Part shown: positions 27,671 to 36,638 of the stretch, in pieces
How positions within the stretch are numbered: position 1 is the stretch's first letter
Layout of the letters: the number at the start of each line of letters is the position of its first letter
Source: Caldisericia bacterium
GTDB taxonomy: Bacteria; Caldisericota; Caldisericia; JAAYUI01
DNA length: 64,000 nucleotides
Assembly: GCA_040768585.1 (NCBI GenBank)
Contig: JAXGMQ010000001.1
Span: 746,392-810,391, forward strand
Direction of reading: 5' to 3'
Position numbers and translations under genes: made by a program
The notes under the pieces: model-generated
Told to the model about the DNA's origin: nothing
What the model saw: the letters and a program-made list of their open reading frames with translations, nothing else
The model's database searches: none

Positions 27671-28135
27671 ATGGCAAAAATATCCGACTGGATTAAGAGA
27701 ATCTCAACGGTTGAGGCAAGATATAATGTAAAATTGCCATTGATTGAATCAAAGCTCAAAGCAGGCTTTCCCTCACCAGCCGATGATTTCTCAGAACACA
27801 GTATTGACTTGAATGAGTTACTGATCAGGCACCCTAAACAAACGTACTTAATCCAAACATCAGGCGATTCGATGATAGGGATTGGTATTTTTGAGGATGA
27901 CATCCTGGTTGTAGACACAAGCTTGACTGCCATAAACGGTGATATCGTTGTTGCCTCGGTTGGTGGCGAGTTCACCCTTAAGAGACTCAAGCTTGTCGAA
28001 GGTCAGCCGTATCTCATGCCAGAAAACCCGCGCTATGTGCCAATAGAGATAACAGAGGAGATGGATTTAAGCATATGGGGAGTAGTGACCAATGTGATAC
28101 ATCCTATACGAGGCGGAAATCTTACGCTCTCCTAG
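27671..28135 (+). CDS. umuD: UmuD-like S24 peptidase (Pol V accessory subunit / LexA-like C-terminal domain)
   Basis: AGFPSPADDF cleavage-site region, SGDSM (nucleophile Ser) and TLKRL (Lys). Confidence 0.85.
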   Translation: MAKISDWIKRISTVEARYNVKLPLIESKLKAGFPSPADDFSEHSIDLNELLIRHPKQTYLIQTSGDSMIGIGIFEDDILVVDTSLTAINGDIVVASVGGEFTLKRLKLVEGQPYLMPENPRYVPIEITEEMDLSIWGVVTNVIHPIRGGNLTLS

Positions 28136-29379
28136 ACTGCGACAGCTTCTACGCTTCATGTGAGAAGGTCTTTCGTCCAGACCTTGTTGATCGACCTGTT
28201 GTTGTGCTTTCTAACAATGATGGATTCATAATTGCTGCTTGTCGGAAGGCTAAAGCTCTTGGCATAAAAGTTATCTCTGACCCATACTTCAAGGTTGAGC
28301 CGTTTGTAAAAAAGCACAACATGGCAGTGTTCTCTGCTAACTTCGAACTCTACGGGGATATGTCTCGCCGTGTGATGGGATCATTGAGGGACTTTGTAAA
28401 AGATGTTGAGGTTTACTCAATAGATGAAGCCTTCATGATTCTTGAGGGCATAAACATGAGACATGCCAACTATTGCCGATTCATCAGGAAAAAGATTGCC
28501 CAGTGGTATAAACTTCCTGTGTCTGTTGGCATCGGCCCCACAAAAACACTTGCCAAGATTGCAAACAGAATAGCCAAGAAGACTCCAGAGTTTGAGGGGG
28601 TGTTTGATATCGGAGAGCAGGACATTGACGCATTTCTTGAAAGATTCCCGGTTGAGGATATCTGGGGGGTAGGTAGGGCGTACTCAAAATTTCTTCAAAG
28701 CAAAGGAATTACAAATAGTCTACAGCTAAAAAACGTCTCAGATGATTTTGCGAGACAACATATGACAGTGGTGGGACTTCGAACAGTGAAAGAGCTCCAA
28801 GGGATTCCTTGTTTTGAGCTTGACCAAAGTCCACCTCCACAAAAAAACATCACCCGCTCTCGCTCTTTTGGATTTTTGGTAGAAACACATAAAGCTCTGG
28901 CTGAGGCAACAGCAGCTTATATGGCAAGAGCTTGTGAGAAACTCAGGGAGCAACGTTCTGTTGCATGGGTTGTAAGTGTCTTCATCTCGACACACCCCCA
29001 CAAAGAAGAACCCCAGTATTCTAATTTTGCATATACAAGACTCCCTTTGCCAACGGCTGACACACCGACGCTTATTAGGGCTGCACTTAAGGTACTAAAA
29101 AGAATCTACAAACCAGGATACAGATACCTTCGGTGTGGGGTGATACTCTCTGACCTTATCTCTGAGGCTGATGCACCTCGGAACCTCTTTACTACACCTT
29201 ATCCCGATTCTAGAACCAAAGACCTCATGAATTCTATTGATCTTTTGAATAAGAATATGCAACCAGGTATAATCAAGTTTGGTTCTGTTGGATTGGAAGG
29301 AAAGCCCTGGAAAATGAGACAAGCTCACAGAAGCCCACGATATACGACAAGGTTTGAAGAGATTCCAAAGGCAAAGTAG
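28075..29379 (+). CDS. umuC: Y-family DNA polymerase (UmuC-like)
   Basis: ALLDCDSFYASCEKVFRPDL, VVVLSNNDG and SIDEAF motifs. The only in-frame ATG/GTG/TTG start is the ATG at 28075, which gives a 61-nt overlap with umuD. Confidence 0.85.
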   Translation: MGSSDQCDTSYTRRKSYALLDCDSFYASCEKVFRPDLVDRPVVVLSNNDGFIIAACRKAKALGIKVISDPYFKVEPFVKKHNMAVFSANFELYGDMSRRVMGSLRDFVKDVEVYSIDEAFMILEGINMRHANYCRFIRKKIAQWYKLPVSVGIGPTKTLAKIANRIAKKTPEFEGVFDIGEQDIDAFLERFPVEDIWGVGRAYSKFLQSKGITNSLQLKNVSDDFARQHMTVVGLRTVKELQGIPCFELDQSPPPQKNITRSRSFGFLVETHKALAEATAAYMARACEKLREQRSVAWVVSVFISTHPHKEEPQYSNFAYTRLPLPTADTPTLIRAALKVLKRIYKPGYRYLRCGVILSDLISEADAPRNLFTTPYPDSRTKDLMNSIDLLNKNMQPGIIKFGSVGLEGKPWKMRQAHRSPRYTTRFEEIPKAK

Positions 29380-29390
29380 GGAGAGATACA

Positions 29391-30023
29391 ATGTGTGGAA
29401 GAATCACTCTTACTCATAAACTCGAAGAAATATACAAACGCTTTAAGGTTGATCTTCATGGTGAATACGATGAGATATATCAAGCTGAGATGAGTAAGCC
29501 AAGATACAACATCGCCCCATCTCAACATATTACTTGTATTACATCGGATAGGAAACTCGAATACATGAAGTGGGGTCTTGTGCCAAGTTGGGCAACTGAC
29601 TCATCTATTGGATACAAAACATTTAACGCCAGAGCAGAGACAGTAGACACAAAACCTGCTTTCAGAGCCTCTTTTGCAAAGAGAAGGTGCCTTATTCCAG
29701 TGTCTGGTTTCTATGAGTGGAAGCGAGAAGGCAAGAAGAAATCGCAACCTTTCCTTATTGGCATGAAAAGTGGTGAATTGTTTGCTCTTGCAGGGCTTTG
29801 GGATAGCTGGAAAAGTCCCGATGGAGTAGAACTCAAATCGTGTACAATCATCACGACAACACCAAACGAAATGATGAAACCGATTCATGATAGGATGCCG
29901 GTAATTCTACAACAAGAATTCGAGGATGAGTGGTTTGTTGCCAATATACAGGCTGCAAAAAGGCTTTTAAGACCATTTGATGTCCAATCTATGTTAGATA
30001 TTAAATCAGTATCGATATTGTAA
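29391..30023 (+). CDS. SOS response-associated peptidase (SRAP/YedK-like abasic-site sensor)
   Basis: The N-terminus MCGR (catalytic Cys2), NIAPSQ, NARAETV and the FYEW...PF pattern are typical of SRAP. Confidence 0.85.
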   Translation: MCGRITLTHKLEEIYKRFKVDLHGEYDEIYQAEMSKPRYNIAPSQHITCITSDRKLEYMKWGLVPSWATDSSIGYKTFNARAETVDTKPAFRASFAKRRCLIPVSGFYEWKREGKKKSQPFLIGMKSGELFALAGLWDSWKSPDGVELKSCTIITTTPNEMMKPIHDRMPVILQQEFEDEWFVANIQAAKRLLRPFDVQSMLDIKSVSIL

Positions 30024-30170
30024 TAGTGTTACACATAATCAACCTTTAATAACCTTTCAGGTCTTGTTTGTTTGTATCAGCTTCAATATATTTGAACCTC
30101 TGTGCGAAGGCATACTACGCTTTTGCATGCAAAAAACGAGATAAACCCAAGAAGGGAAATGAGGAAGAAT

Positions 30171-30551
30171 ATGAAGCAGCTACTTAGAGATCTAACAGCA
30201 GACCAGCTTAGAAAAGAACCTGATTGCTTCGAGATTGGCGATACGGTGAAGGTTCACCAGAAGGTAGTCGAAGGCTCAAAGACAAGAATCCAGGTTTTCC
30301 AGGGAACAGTCATCTCCCGCAAACACGGCGGAGTACATGAGTCCTTTACCGTCAGAAAGATCTCCAATGGCGTCGGTGTTGAGAAGATTTATCCGCTTCA
30401 CTCTCCGAGAGTCGACAAGATAGAGATCGTAAGACACGGTAAAATCAGAAGAGCAAAACTTTACTTCCTTCGCGACAGAATCGGCAAAGCTCAGAGACTC
30501 AAAGACCGTATTGTTTTGAAGAAAAAAGACAAAAAAGAACAGAACGCGTAG
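30171..30551 (+). CDS. rplS: 50S ribosomal protein L19
   Basis: [29 protein letters not shown]...[26 protein letters not shown]. The start at 30171 is preferred (GAGGA RBS) over the ORF-track start at 30102. Confidence 0.9.
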   Translation: MKQLLRDLTADQLRKEPDCFEIGDTVKVHQKVVEGSKTRIQVFQGTVISRKHGGVHESFTVRKISNGVGVEKIYPLHSPRVDKIEIVRHGKIRRAKLYFLRDRIGKAQRLKDRIVLKKKDKKEQNA

Positions 30552-31133
30552 ATGACAGAGGGAATGAGCAAACCCTCAAACAGACAACGTGACTTTATCG
30601 AATGGGTGGCGGTCGTTGTGCTGGCACTCGGTCTTGCGTTTGGCGTCAGGACGATTATTCTGCAGCCTTTCAGGGTGCAGATGGGTTCGATGATGCCCAC
30701 AATTCGCAACGATGATCTGATTCTTGTAAACAAACTCGCATACCTAACACATGGCCCTGACAGGGGGGACATAATAGTTTTCCGTCCCCCAAACTCTCCA
30801 AGCCACGACGAGGAGTACATTAAGCGTGTCATCGGTCTGCCTGGCGAGTGGGTGGACTACGACCGCGACACAAAGAGTGTCTATATCAACGGCATTCTTC
30901 TTATCGAAAATATGAAGCTCTCTGAGTCTGACTACACCCAAGAAATCAGCCCCCCCTCAACCGAAGGACACAAGCGAGGTATCAAGCTCGAAGAAGGCGA
31001 ATACTACGTTCTTGGTGACAACAGGGACTCCTCCAAAGACTCAAGATTCTTTGGCGCCATCTCAGATGATAGCATCATCGGTGAGGCATTTATCATTTTC
31101 TGGCCCGCGAATCGTTTTTCAGTTCTGCAATAG
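30552..31133 (+). CDS. lepB: Signal peptidase I (syntenic copy after rplS)
   Basis: 193 aa. Motifs SMMPTI, YIKRVIGLPGE and GDNRDSSKDSR. Confidence 0.9.
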   Translation: MTEGMSKPSNRQRDFIEWVAVVVLALGLAFGVRTIILQPFRVQMGSMMPTIRNDDLILVNKLAYLTHGPDRGDIIVFRPPNSPSHDEEYIKRVIGLPGEWVDYDRDTKSVYINGILLIENMKLSESDYTQEISPPSTEGHKRGIKLEEGEYYVLGDNRDSSKDSRFFGAISDDSIIGEAFIIFWPANRFSVLQ

Positions 31134-31139
31134 ATTTTC

Positions 31140-31721
31140 ATGCTCAAATTTTCTCCCGGCACAATAGGCGTTGACGAGGCCGGAAGAGGCCCTCTGGCAG
31201 GTCCGGTTGTTGTTTGTGCTTGCTTGCTTTTTCAACCAATCGAGGGACTCAACGACTCAAAAAAACTGACCGAGAAGAAACGGATGGAGCTTATGCCGTT
31301 GATTCTCCGCAACTCGGTCTCGGAGATTGCGATAGCCAGTTCAGAATCAATTGATGAATCGGACATCCTGTCCTGCACACTCTCCTGTATGGAAAGGGCA
31401 ATCAGAAACCTTACTTGTAGAACCGATAGGTTTGAGCAAATCCTAGTCGATGGTAATTTTACCCCAAAATCCTATAAAAACATTGCTGAATCCGTCGTAA
31501 AGGGGGACTCGCTCTATCAATCAATCGCAGCAGCCTCTATTGTGGCAAAAGTTACGAGAGATTATATAATGACTCTGTACGACAGCTTGTATCCAGAGTA
31601 TGGTTTCAAAGAAAACAAGGGATACGGGACATCTTACCACACCGAGGCTATAAAAAGGGTGGGTTTGTCCGAAATACACAGAAGGAGTTTCAGGCTACAT
31701 GGTGATAATAAACAAAAGTGA
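31140..31721 (+). CDS. rnhB: Ribonuclease HII
   Basis: GVDEAGRGPLAGPVV, DSKKL and ASIVAKV motifs. Confidence 0.9.
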   Translation: MLKFSPGTIGVDEAGRGPLAGPVVVCACLLFQPIEGLNDSKKLTEKKRMELMPLILRNSVSEIAIASSESIDESDILSCTLSCMERAIRNLTCRTDRFEQILVDGNFTPKSYKNIAESVVKGDSLYQSIAAASIVAKVTRDYIMTLYDSLYPEYGFKENKGYGTSYHTEAIKRVGLSEIHRRSFRLHGDNKQK

Positions 31722-32433
31722 CTTTGTAAGAAAAAAGATATTTGTTGAAATACTTCTCATAATTGCTGGCATTATCCTTATCATCTTCAGCCTGGGAGCG
31801 ATAGCATTTGGACTGAGTTCCTCTAACCCAATATGGCTCATCATCCTATCCGGTATGATACTCTACATCTTTGGTGGCATACTGCTTGTCAATCGGGCAA
31901 GCGAAATCTCCATCTGGAGAGCCGGACTCTCTGGGCAAAAGGTTGTACCTGAGAAACTTGTCGGGTTGTCCAACGACTACATCCTCATCAACAACGTTTC
32001 CCTCAAAGGCAGGAACTGCGACATTGACCACATAATCATTGGGCCCGACGCGCTTTTTGCTATCGAAAGCAAACACTACAACGGAGAAATATTTGGTCAG
32101 GGTGAGGAGTGGAGCTATCTTAAACGCGGCAGAGCTGGTGGCTTTTACAGGGGACATATTGGTAACCCCTCAAGACAGATAAAACGCTCAACCTGGGAGC
32201 TCAAGGAAATGATTGAGGAAGAACTTGAGAAGAAGGGGTACGCTGATTCGAAGGTCTGGATTGAGCCGCTCGTTGTTTTTACCCACCCAAAGACAGCGCT
32301 CCGAATAACTGACTCTCCAATTCCAGCCATTCATGTAAACGACCTCATCGCCTTCCTTCAAGATTTCAAAGCGAAGGAAGAACTGTCAGAAAAAGTTCGG
32401 CAGGAGATAGTTGAACTCATCAAGGCGCAGTAA
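31699..32433 (+). CDS. NERD domain membrane protein
   Basis: Two N-terminal TM helices, then IDHIIIGPDALFAIESKHYNGEI (NERD nuclease-related signature). Confidence 0.7.
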   Translation: MVIINKSDFVRKKIFVEILLIIAGIILIIFSLGAIAFGLSSSNPIWLIILSGMILYIFGGILLVNRASEISIWRAGLSGQKVVPEKLVGLSNDYILINNVSLKGRNCDIDHIIIGPDALFAIESKHYNGEIFGQGEEWSYLKRGRAGGFYRGHIGNPSRQIKRSTWELKEMIEEELEKKGYADSKVWIEPLVVFTHPKTALRITDSPIPAIHVNDLIAFLQDFKAKEELSEKVRQEIVELIKAQ

Positions 32434-32776
32434 AACCTCAAATACCCATAAAGGGAGACTCGGAGAGGACATATCCTGCAAACACCTTCAGTCTCGCGGC
32501 TTCGTGGTTCAAGAAAGAAATCACAAGACCAGGGAGGGTGAGATTGACGTTATCGCGTCAAACGACTCCCTGATTCTGTTTGTCGAGGTTAAACGCAGGA
32601 CGAGTAAGACATTTGGTTTGCCCATAGAATCATTACCAAAGAGGCGCATTGAAAGACTCTTCAACGCAAGCCTTCTCTACCTTGAACAGAATCCTCAATT
32701 TCAAAAACTCGAACGAGGGTACCTGCTGCACGCAATCTATGGCGAGAAACTTACCGAGATTGAGATAACCTCATGA
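32411..32776 (+). CDS. yraN: YraN family (UPF0102) endonuclease-like protein
   Basis: GRLGEDISCKHLQSRGF.V..RN......GEIDVIA.....ILFVEVKRR. The start codon is uncertain (TTG at 32411 and no in-frame ATG). Confidence 0.75.
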   Translation: MNSSRRSKTSNTHKGRLGEDISCKHLQSRGFVVQERNHKTREGEIDVIASNDSLILFVEVKRRTSKTFGLPIESLPKRRIERLFNASLLYLEQNPQFQKLERGYLLHAIYGEKLTEIEITS

Positions 32777-33244
32777 ATGCTCAAGTATTACCTTCATAAC
32801 TTGTTGCTGTCAGGGAAACGTAATCTTAAATATTCCTCGATGAGTTCAAACTGAAGGCCACCAATATTCCTTATCAAAGAAGACATTCATCACCCGTTTA
32901 TTCACTTTAATAGCAGAGACATTCGATGGTTCTTTAGGACTCTCAATTGTTATTTACTAAAGCCATTAATTAGTGCAAAGTTGCGGTTTTTCCAAAGGTA
33001 ATCCCAATACATCCACCATAATCGGTGGATAATGCTTACATCATCAAACACCAGACTACTTATCTTACTTTCAACTGAAAAATCACTTCCCGAAGAAATA
33101 ATCAATACTCGTTGGGCACAATCCAATCTCGCCCTTCTACGGGTAAAATCTCAACCCAAATCATTCAATTTAAAGTGTGTCAGAGTATATATGAGTCCTG
33201 ACTTAATTGCTCAAAATAAGCACCGGTATAGTCTAATCACCGTT

Positions 33245-33568
33245 ATGGATGAGAGTATCATAAAACAGGTATCTGAGGCTGAGGAGGAAGCGAAAGCGAT
33301 CCTCGAAAACGCAAGACTCGATGCGCTCGAAATAATCGATGATGCCAAACGTCACGCTCAAGGTGACCTTGAGGCAGAGGTGGGCTCTGCTCATGACAAA
33401 CTCATACGAGACTACCACAAGAAAGAGCGTGACACCAAGCAGAAGCTTTCAGAGCTTGAACACGGCATCGATTCGCATGCATCAAAAATACGAGTTGAAC
33501 TCGAACCTGGCATCAAGAACATAGCAACGAAACTGGCAAAACAGATAGCTGAGACATGGCGATACTGA
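33245..33568 (+). CDS. V/A-type ATPase small coiled-coil stalk subunit (G/H-like), tentative
   Basis: Charged helical protein of ~107 aa (SEAEEEAKAILENARLDALEIIDDAKRHAQ) directly preceding subunit I. The start at M72 of the tracked ORF is chosen; the ATG at 33191 is also possible. Confidence 0.5.
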   Translation: MDESIIKQVSEAEEEAKAILENARLDALEIIDDAKRHAQGDLEAEVGSAHDKLIRDYHKKERDTKQKLSELEHGIDSHASKIRVELEPGIKNIATKLAKQIAETWRY

Positions 33569-35538
33569 AGATGAAAAAAGCCCTGGTGGCGACACCAAGG
33601 GACAGAGAGAAAGCAACTTTTCAGACACTCGTCGAACTCGGTACGCTCCACATCAGGCGTCTCGATGGCACAAAGCCTGTGGTTGAGTCCGAGGACGAAT
33701 CGTCCCTCCTTCTCTCACATTCAATCAAAGCACACGACAGACTCCAAAAGTTCTTCCCAGAAAAACTTCCCTTTGTGGCTAACTTCTTTTGGCCCCGCCC
33801 TAGGATGACCAAGGAACGGTACCAAGATGCTCTTTCTGAGATTGATATTCACAATTTCGTTGATAGATTCCTTGAACTCTCAAAGGAGTATGATCACGGA
33901 CAAGACACAATATTGAGGCTAAGTTCAGAGATTCAACTTCTTCAAAGATTCAAATCACTCCCAATTCCAACAAAACTCGACCCGACAGACGGCATAGAAT
34001 TTATGCTTGGCACAATCCCAAGACGTAACATCAAAGACGCCCTGAAGTTAAACAAAAGCCCAGACTGTGCTGTCACAAAATACGGCGCAAACATCGTCCT
34101 CCTGGCATGCGCAAAAGGCAACTCACCAAACTACAAAACGACCCTCCACAAGCTTGGTTTGGAAGCGCTTCCCATCCCATCATCAGATAAATCTCCATCA
34201 ATGCAGATTGAGGAAATAAACGACAAGATAAACTCAATCAAAACCAGAGCTAGTGAGATTCTAACAAACATAAAAAGCGAGTTCCTCCCACATAAAACAG
34301 CACTTCTTGCCCACATCGACAACCTCGAACTAGCCAGAGAACATAAGAGGTTCATGAATCAAGGACTCTCAACGGACCATGCGACCGTCTTTCTTGGCTA
34401 CATCCCAGAGGCAAAAACCTCCGATTTGGTCAAAGCCCTAAAACAAAGCTCCGATGAGCTGCTTGTTCAGATTGATGACATCCCCAATGGTGAAGAACCC
34501 CCTGTAATCCTGAAAAACAACGCATACTCCAAACAGTTTGAGATGCTCTCTGGCATGTACAGCCTCCCAGCGTATCGTGGAATCGACAGCACTCCCATCG
34601 TCTCTCTCATCTTCCCAATATTCTTTGGGTTCTGTTTTGGTGATGTGCTCTACGGACTCATGCTCCTGTTTTTCTCGCTGTGGTTTGGCAGGCTCTACAA
34701 ACACGAAGAATCAGCAAGGAAATTCTTTGGCACATTCCTCATAAGCTCAATCTTTGTAATCGTGATTGGAGCTCTCACTGGAGCGTGGGGCGGCAACCTC
34801 GTTGGAGAGACTGGAATCATTACATGGGCACCGCTTATCAATTTTAAAAACTCAATTGCCCTGATTGACCCCATCAATCAAACCATTCCATTCTTTGTTC
34901 TCACGCTCTACATCGGTATCGGTACACAGTTTCTTGGCATCATTTACAAGGCATGGCAGCACATCAAAAACCGCGAGTGGCACATGGCGCTGCTTGACTC
35001 TGGTGGTTGGATTCTCTTCCTCTCTGGTCTTACCCTCTTTGCAATCAACTTCCTAACTCCCGGTGGAATCTCAAAAACTCTCACAACCATTATGTACACA
35101 ATCCTTGGCGTTGGAGCGTTATTCCTCATCATCTCGCAGGGACGAGACGCCAAATCGATTGCCGGTAGGCTTGGGGTTGGAGTAATTTCACTCTATGGAA
35201 TCCTGGGTGGATATGGCACAACGGCTTATCTATCCGATGTTATGAGCTACTCAAGATTGCTTGCTCTTGGTCTTACCACCTCGATTGTAGCCCAGGCTTT
35301 CAACGCCATTGCAGGCGGATTTGATACCACAAACGCAGTTGGAATAATGGTCTGTGTCGCCATCCTCATAGTTGGACACTTATTCAACTTCTTCCTAAAC
35401 ATTGTCGGAAGCTTCGTTCACCCGGCAAGACTCATTTTCCTTGAGTTCTATTCCCGCTTCTACGAAAGCGGTGGCAAAAAATACAATCCTGTCTCAGAGC
35501 GTCACATAAGAATCAATGTGACAGACGAGGCGGCATGA
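33556..35538 (+). CDS. ntpI: V/A-type ATPase subunit I (a-subunit)
   Basis: 660 aa with a soluble N-terminal half and a polytopic C-terminal half containing SYSRLLALGL and FLEFYSRFY motifs. Confidence 0.9.
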   Translation: MAILKMKKALVATPRDREKATFQTLVELGTLHIRRLDGTKPVVESEDESSLLLSHSIKAHDRLQKFFPEKLPFVANFFWPRPRMTKERYQDALSEIDIHNFVDRFLELSKEYDHGQDTILRLSSEIQLLQRFKSLPIPTKLDPTDGIEFMLGTIPRRNIKDALKLNKSPDCAVTKYGANIVLLACAKGNSPNYKTTLHKLGLEALPIPSSDKSPSMQIEEINDKINSIKTRASEILTNIKSEFLPHKTALLAHIDNLELAREHKRFMNQGLSTDHATVFLGYIPEAKTSDLVKALKQSSDELLVQIDDIPNGEEPPVILKNNAYSKQFEMLSGMYSLPAYRGIDSTPIVSLIFPIFFGFCFGDVLYGLMLLFFSLWFGRLYKHEESARKFFGTFLISSIFVIVIGALTGAWGGNLVGETGIITWAPLINFKNSIALIDPINQTIPFFVLTLYIGIGTQFLGIIYKAWQHIKNREWHMALLDSGGWILFLSGLTLFAINFLTPGGISKTLTTIMYTILGVGALFLIISQGRDAKSIAGRLGVGVISLYGILGGYGTTAYLSDVMSYSRLLALGLTTSIVAQAFNAIAGGFDTTNAVGIMVCVAILIVGHLFNFFLNIVGSFVHPARLIFLEFYSRFYESGGKKYNPVSERHIRINVTDEAA

Positions 35539-35563
35539 AAAGCAAAGTAGGAGGATAGATTAT

Positions 35564-36049
35564 ATGGAACAGACAGCAACAAACATTGTTTTCAGCCCAG
35601 TCACATGGATTGTGCTTGGAATGATTGTGAATGTTTTCCTGAGCGGTATGGGCTCCGCCAGAGGCCTAAGGACTGCGTCAGTCCAGACAACTGGCATCAT
35701 GTCAGAGCGACCAGAGCTTTTTGGAAAGCTCTTCATCCTGACAGTACTTCCAGGAACACAGGGATTCTACGGTTTCATCGCCTCGTTCCTTGCAGGCTCT
35801 CAAACATTCATGAGCGGCAACATCCCAGACATGGGAGGGGCGCTTGCTCTGATGTTCCTGCTTATCGGTATGGGAGTTGTGTGCTACTTCTCAGCTGTTG
35901 ACCAGGGACAAACATCGGCAGCTGCAATCAACATGGTCGCCAAGCAGGAGCAGACCTTCGGTCAGGCAATCATCATGCCAGCTCTCGTTGAAACATACGC
36001 CGTTCTTGGACTCCTCATCACAATCATCCTCATGGGAGCAATCATCTAG
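35564..36049 (+). CDS. ntpK: V/A-type ATPase proteolipid subunit K (c)
   Basis: 161 aa, four-helix proteolipid. PGTQGFYGF and PALVETYAVLGLL motifs. Confidence 0.9.
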   Translation: MEQTATNIVFSPVTWIVLGMIVNVFLSGMGSARGLRTASVQTTGIMSERPELFGKLFILTVLPGTQGFYGFIASFLAGSQTFMSGNIPDMGGALALMFLLIGMGVVCYFSAVDQGQTSAAAINMVAKQEQTFGQAIIMPALVETYAVLGLLITIILMGAII

Positions 36050-36053
36050 CAAA

Positions 36054-36638
36054 ATGAGCCTTGAATCACTGAAACAACTCATACTGGGTGAAGCTCAAAA
36101 AGAGGCTGACAAGATAATCTCTGATGCCAGACAAAAAGTCTGTGAAATCAAAGAAGAATCTCAGGCAAAAGCGAAGGACAGGATAAAACAGCTTGAGAAA
36201 GAGTTTGAGAGGAAAACCAACACCCTCGAAGCATCATACAACTCCAAACAGAGCTCTTTCCAAAAATCAGCGGAGCTCTCGGCAGTTCACAGTGCTGTCG
36301 AATCAGCGGTTATGCGCTCCTGCGACATCCTGCTTTCCAACTCAGTTATAAGAGACTCTGTAAGAAACTGGGCAGAAAAAATGATTGCCAATCAAGATGC
36401 TCAAAGTGAACCCACTCGCATCCTGCAGATTGGCAAGAGGATAGACGAGTCACTCCCAGAGATAAGAGACATCGCCAAAAAAAGCGGAGTCCCGGTTGAG
36501 ATTTGTCCAAGAGATTATGCACTAATATACGTTGGCAAAGGATACAATGAGGTGCTTGATCTGGTGGCAGAATGTAGGAGGGTAGTTGATGAAAACATGG
36601 CAGAGTATGTTGCCATCCTCAAAAACACCCAATCCTGA
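36054..36638 (+). CDS. ntpE: V/A-type ATPase subunit E
   Basis: Starts at MSLESLKQLILGEAQKEADKIISDARQK, a typical E-subunit N-terminal helix. The ORF-track start at 35877 lies inside ntpK and is rejected. Confidence 0.8.
   Translation: MSLESLKQLILGEAQKEADKIISDARQKVCEIKEESQAKAKDRIKQLEKEFERKTNTLEASYNSKQSSFQKSAELSAVHSAVESAVMRSCDILLSNSVIRDSVRNWAEKMIANQDAQSEPTRILQIGKRIDESLPEIRDIAKKSGVPVEICPRDYALIYVGKGYNEVLDLVAECRRVVDENMAEYVAILKNTQS

Noticed and set aside
30121-30134. The perfect palindrome TTTTGCATGCAAAA upstream of rplS as a possible L19 leader or operator.
   Set aside because: It is only 14 bp, AU-rich and has no loop. That is too weak to call a regulatory RNA, and it bears no resemblance I can verify to the Firmicute L19 leader.
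33032-33244. N-terminal extensions offered by the ORF track: 33032 for the small stalk subunit, 35877 for ntpE, 46461 for DUF4332, 47724 for the membrane protein, 54689 and 60602 for the ArsR genes, and 52962 and 62033 for others.
   Set aside because: The extensions overlap neighbouring genes or lack an RBS. Internal starts have good SD sequences and give N-termini that match family expectations or signal peptides.
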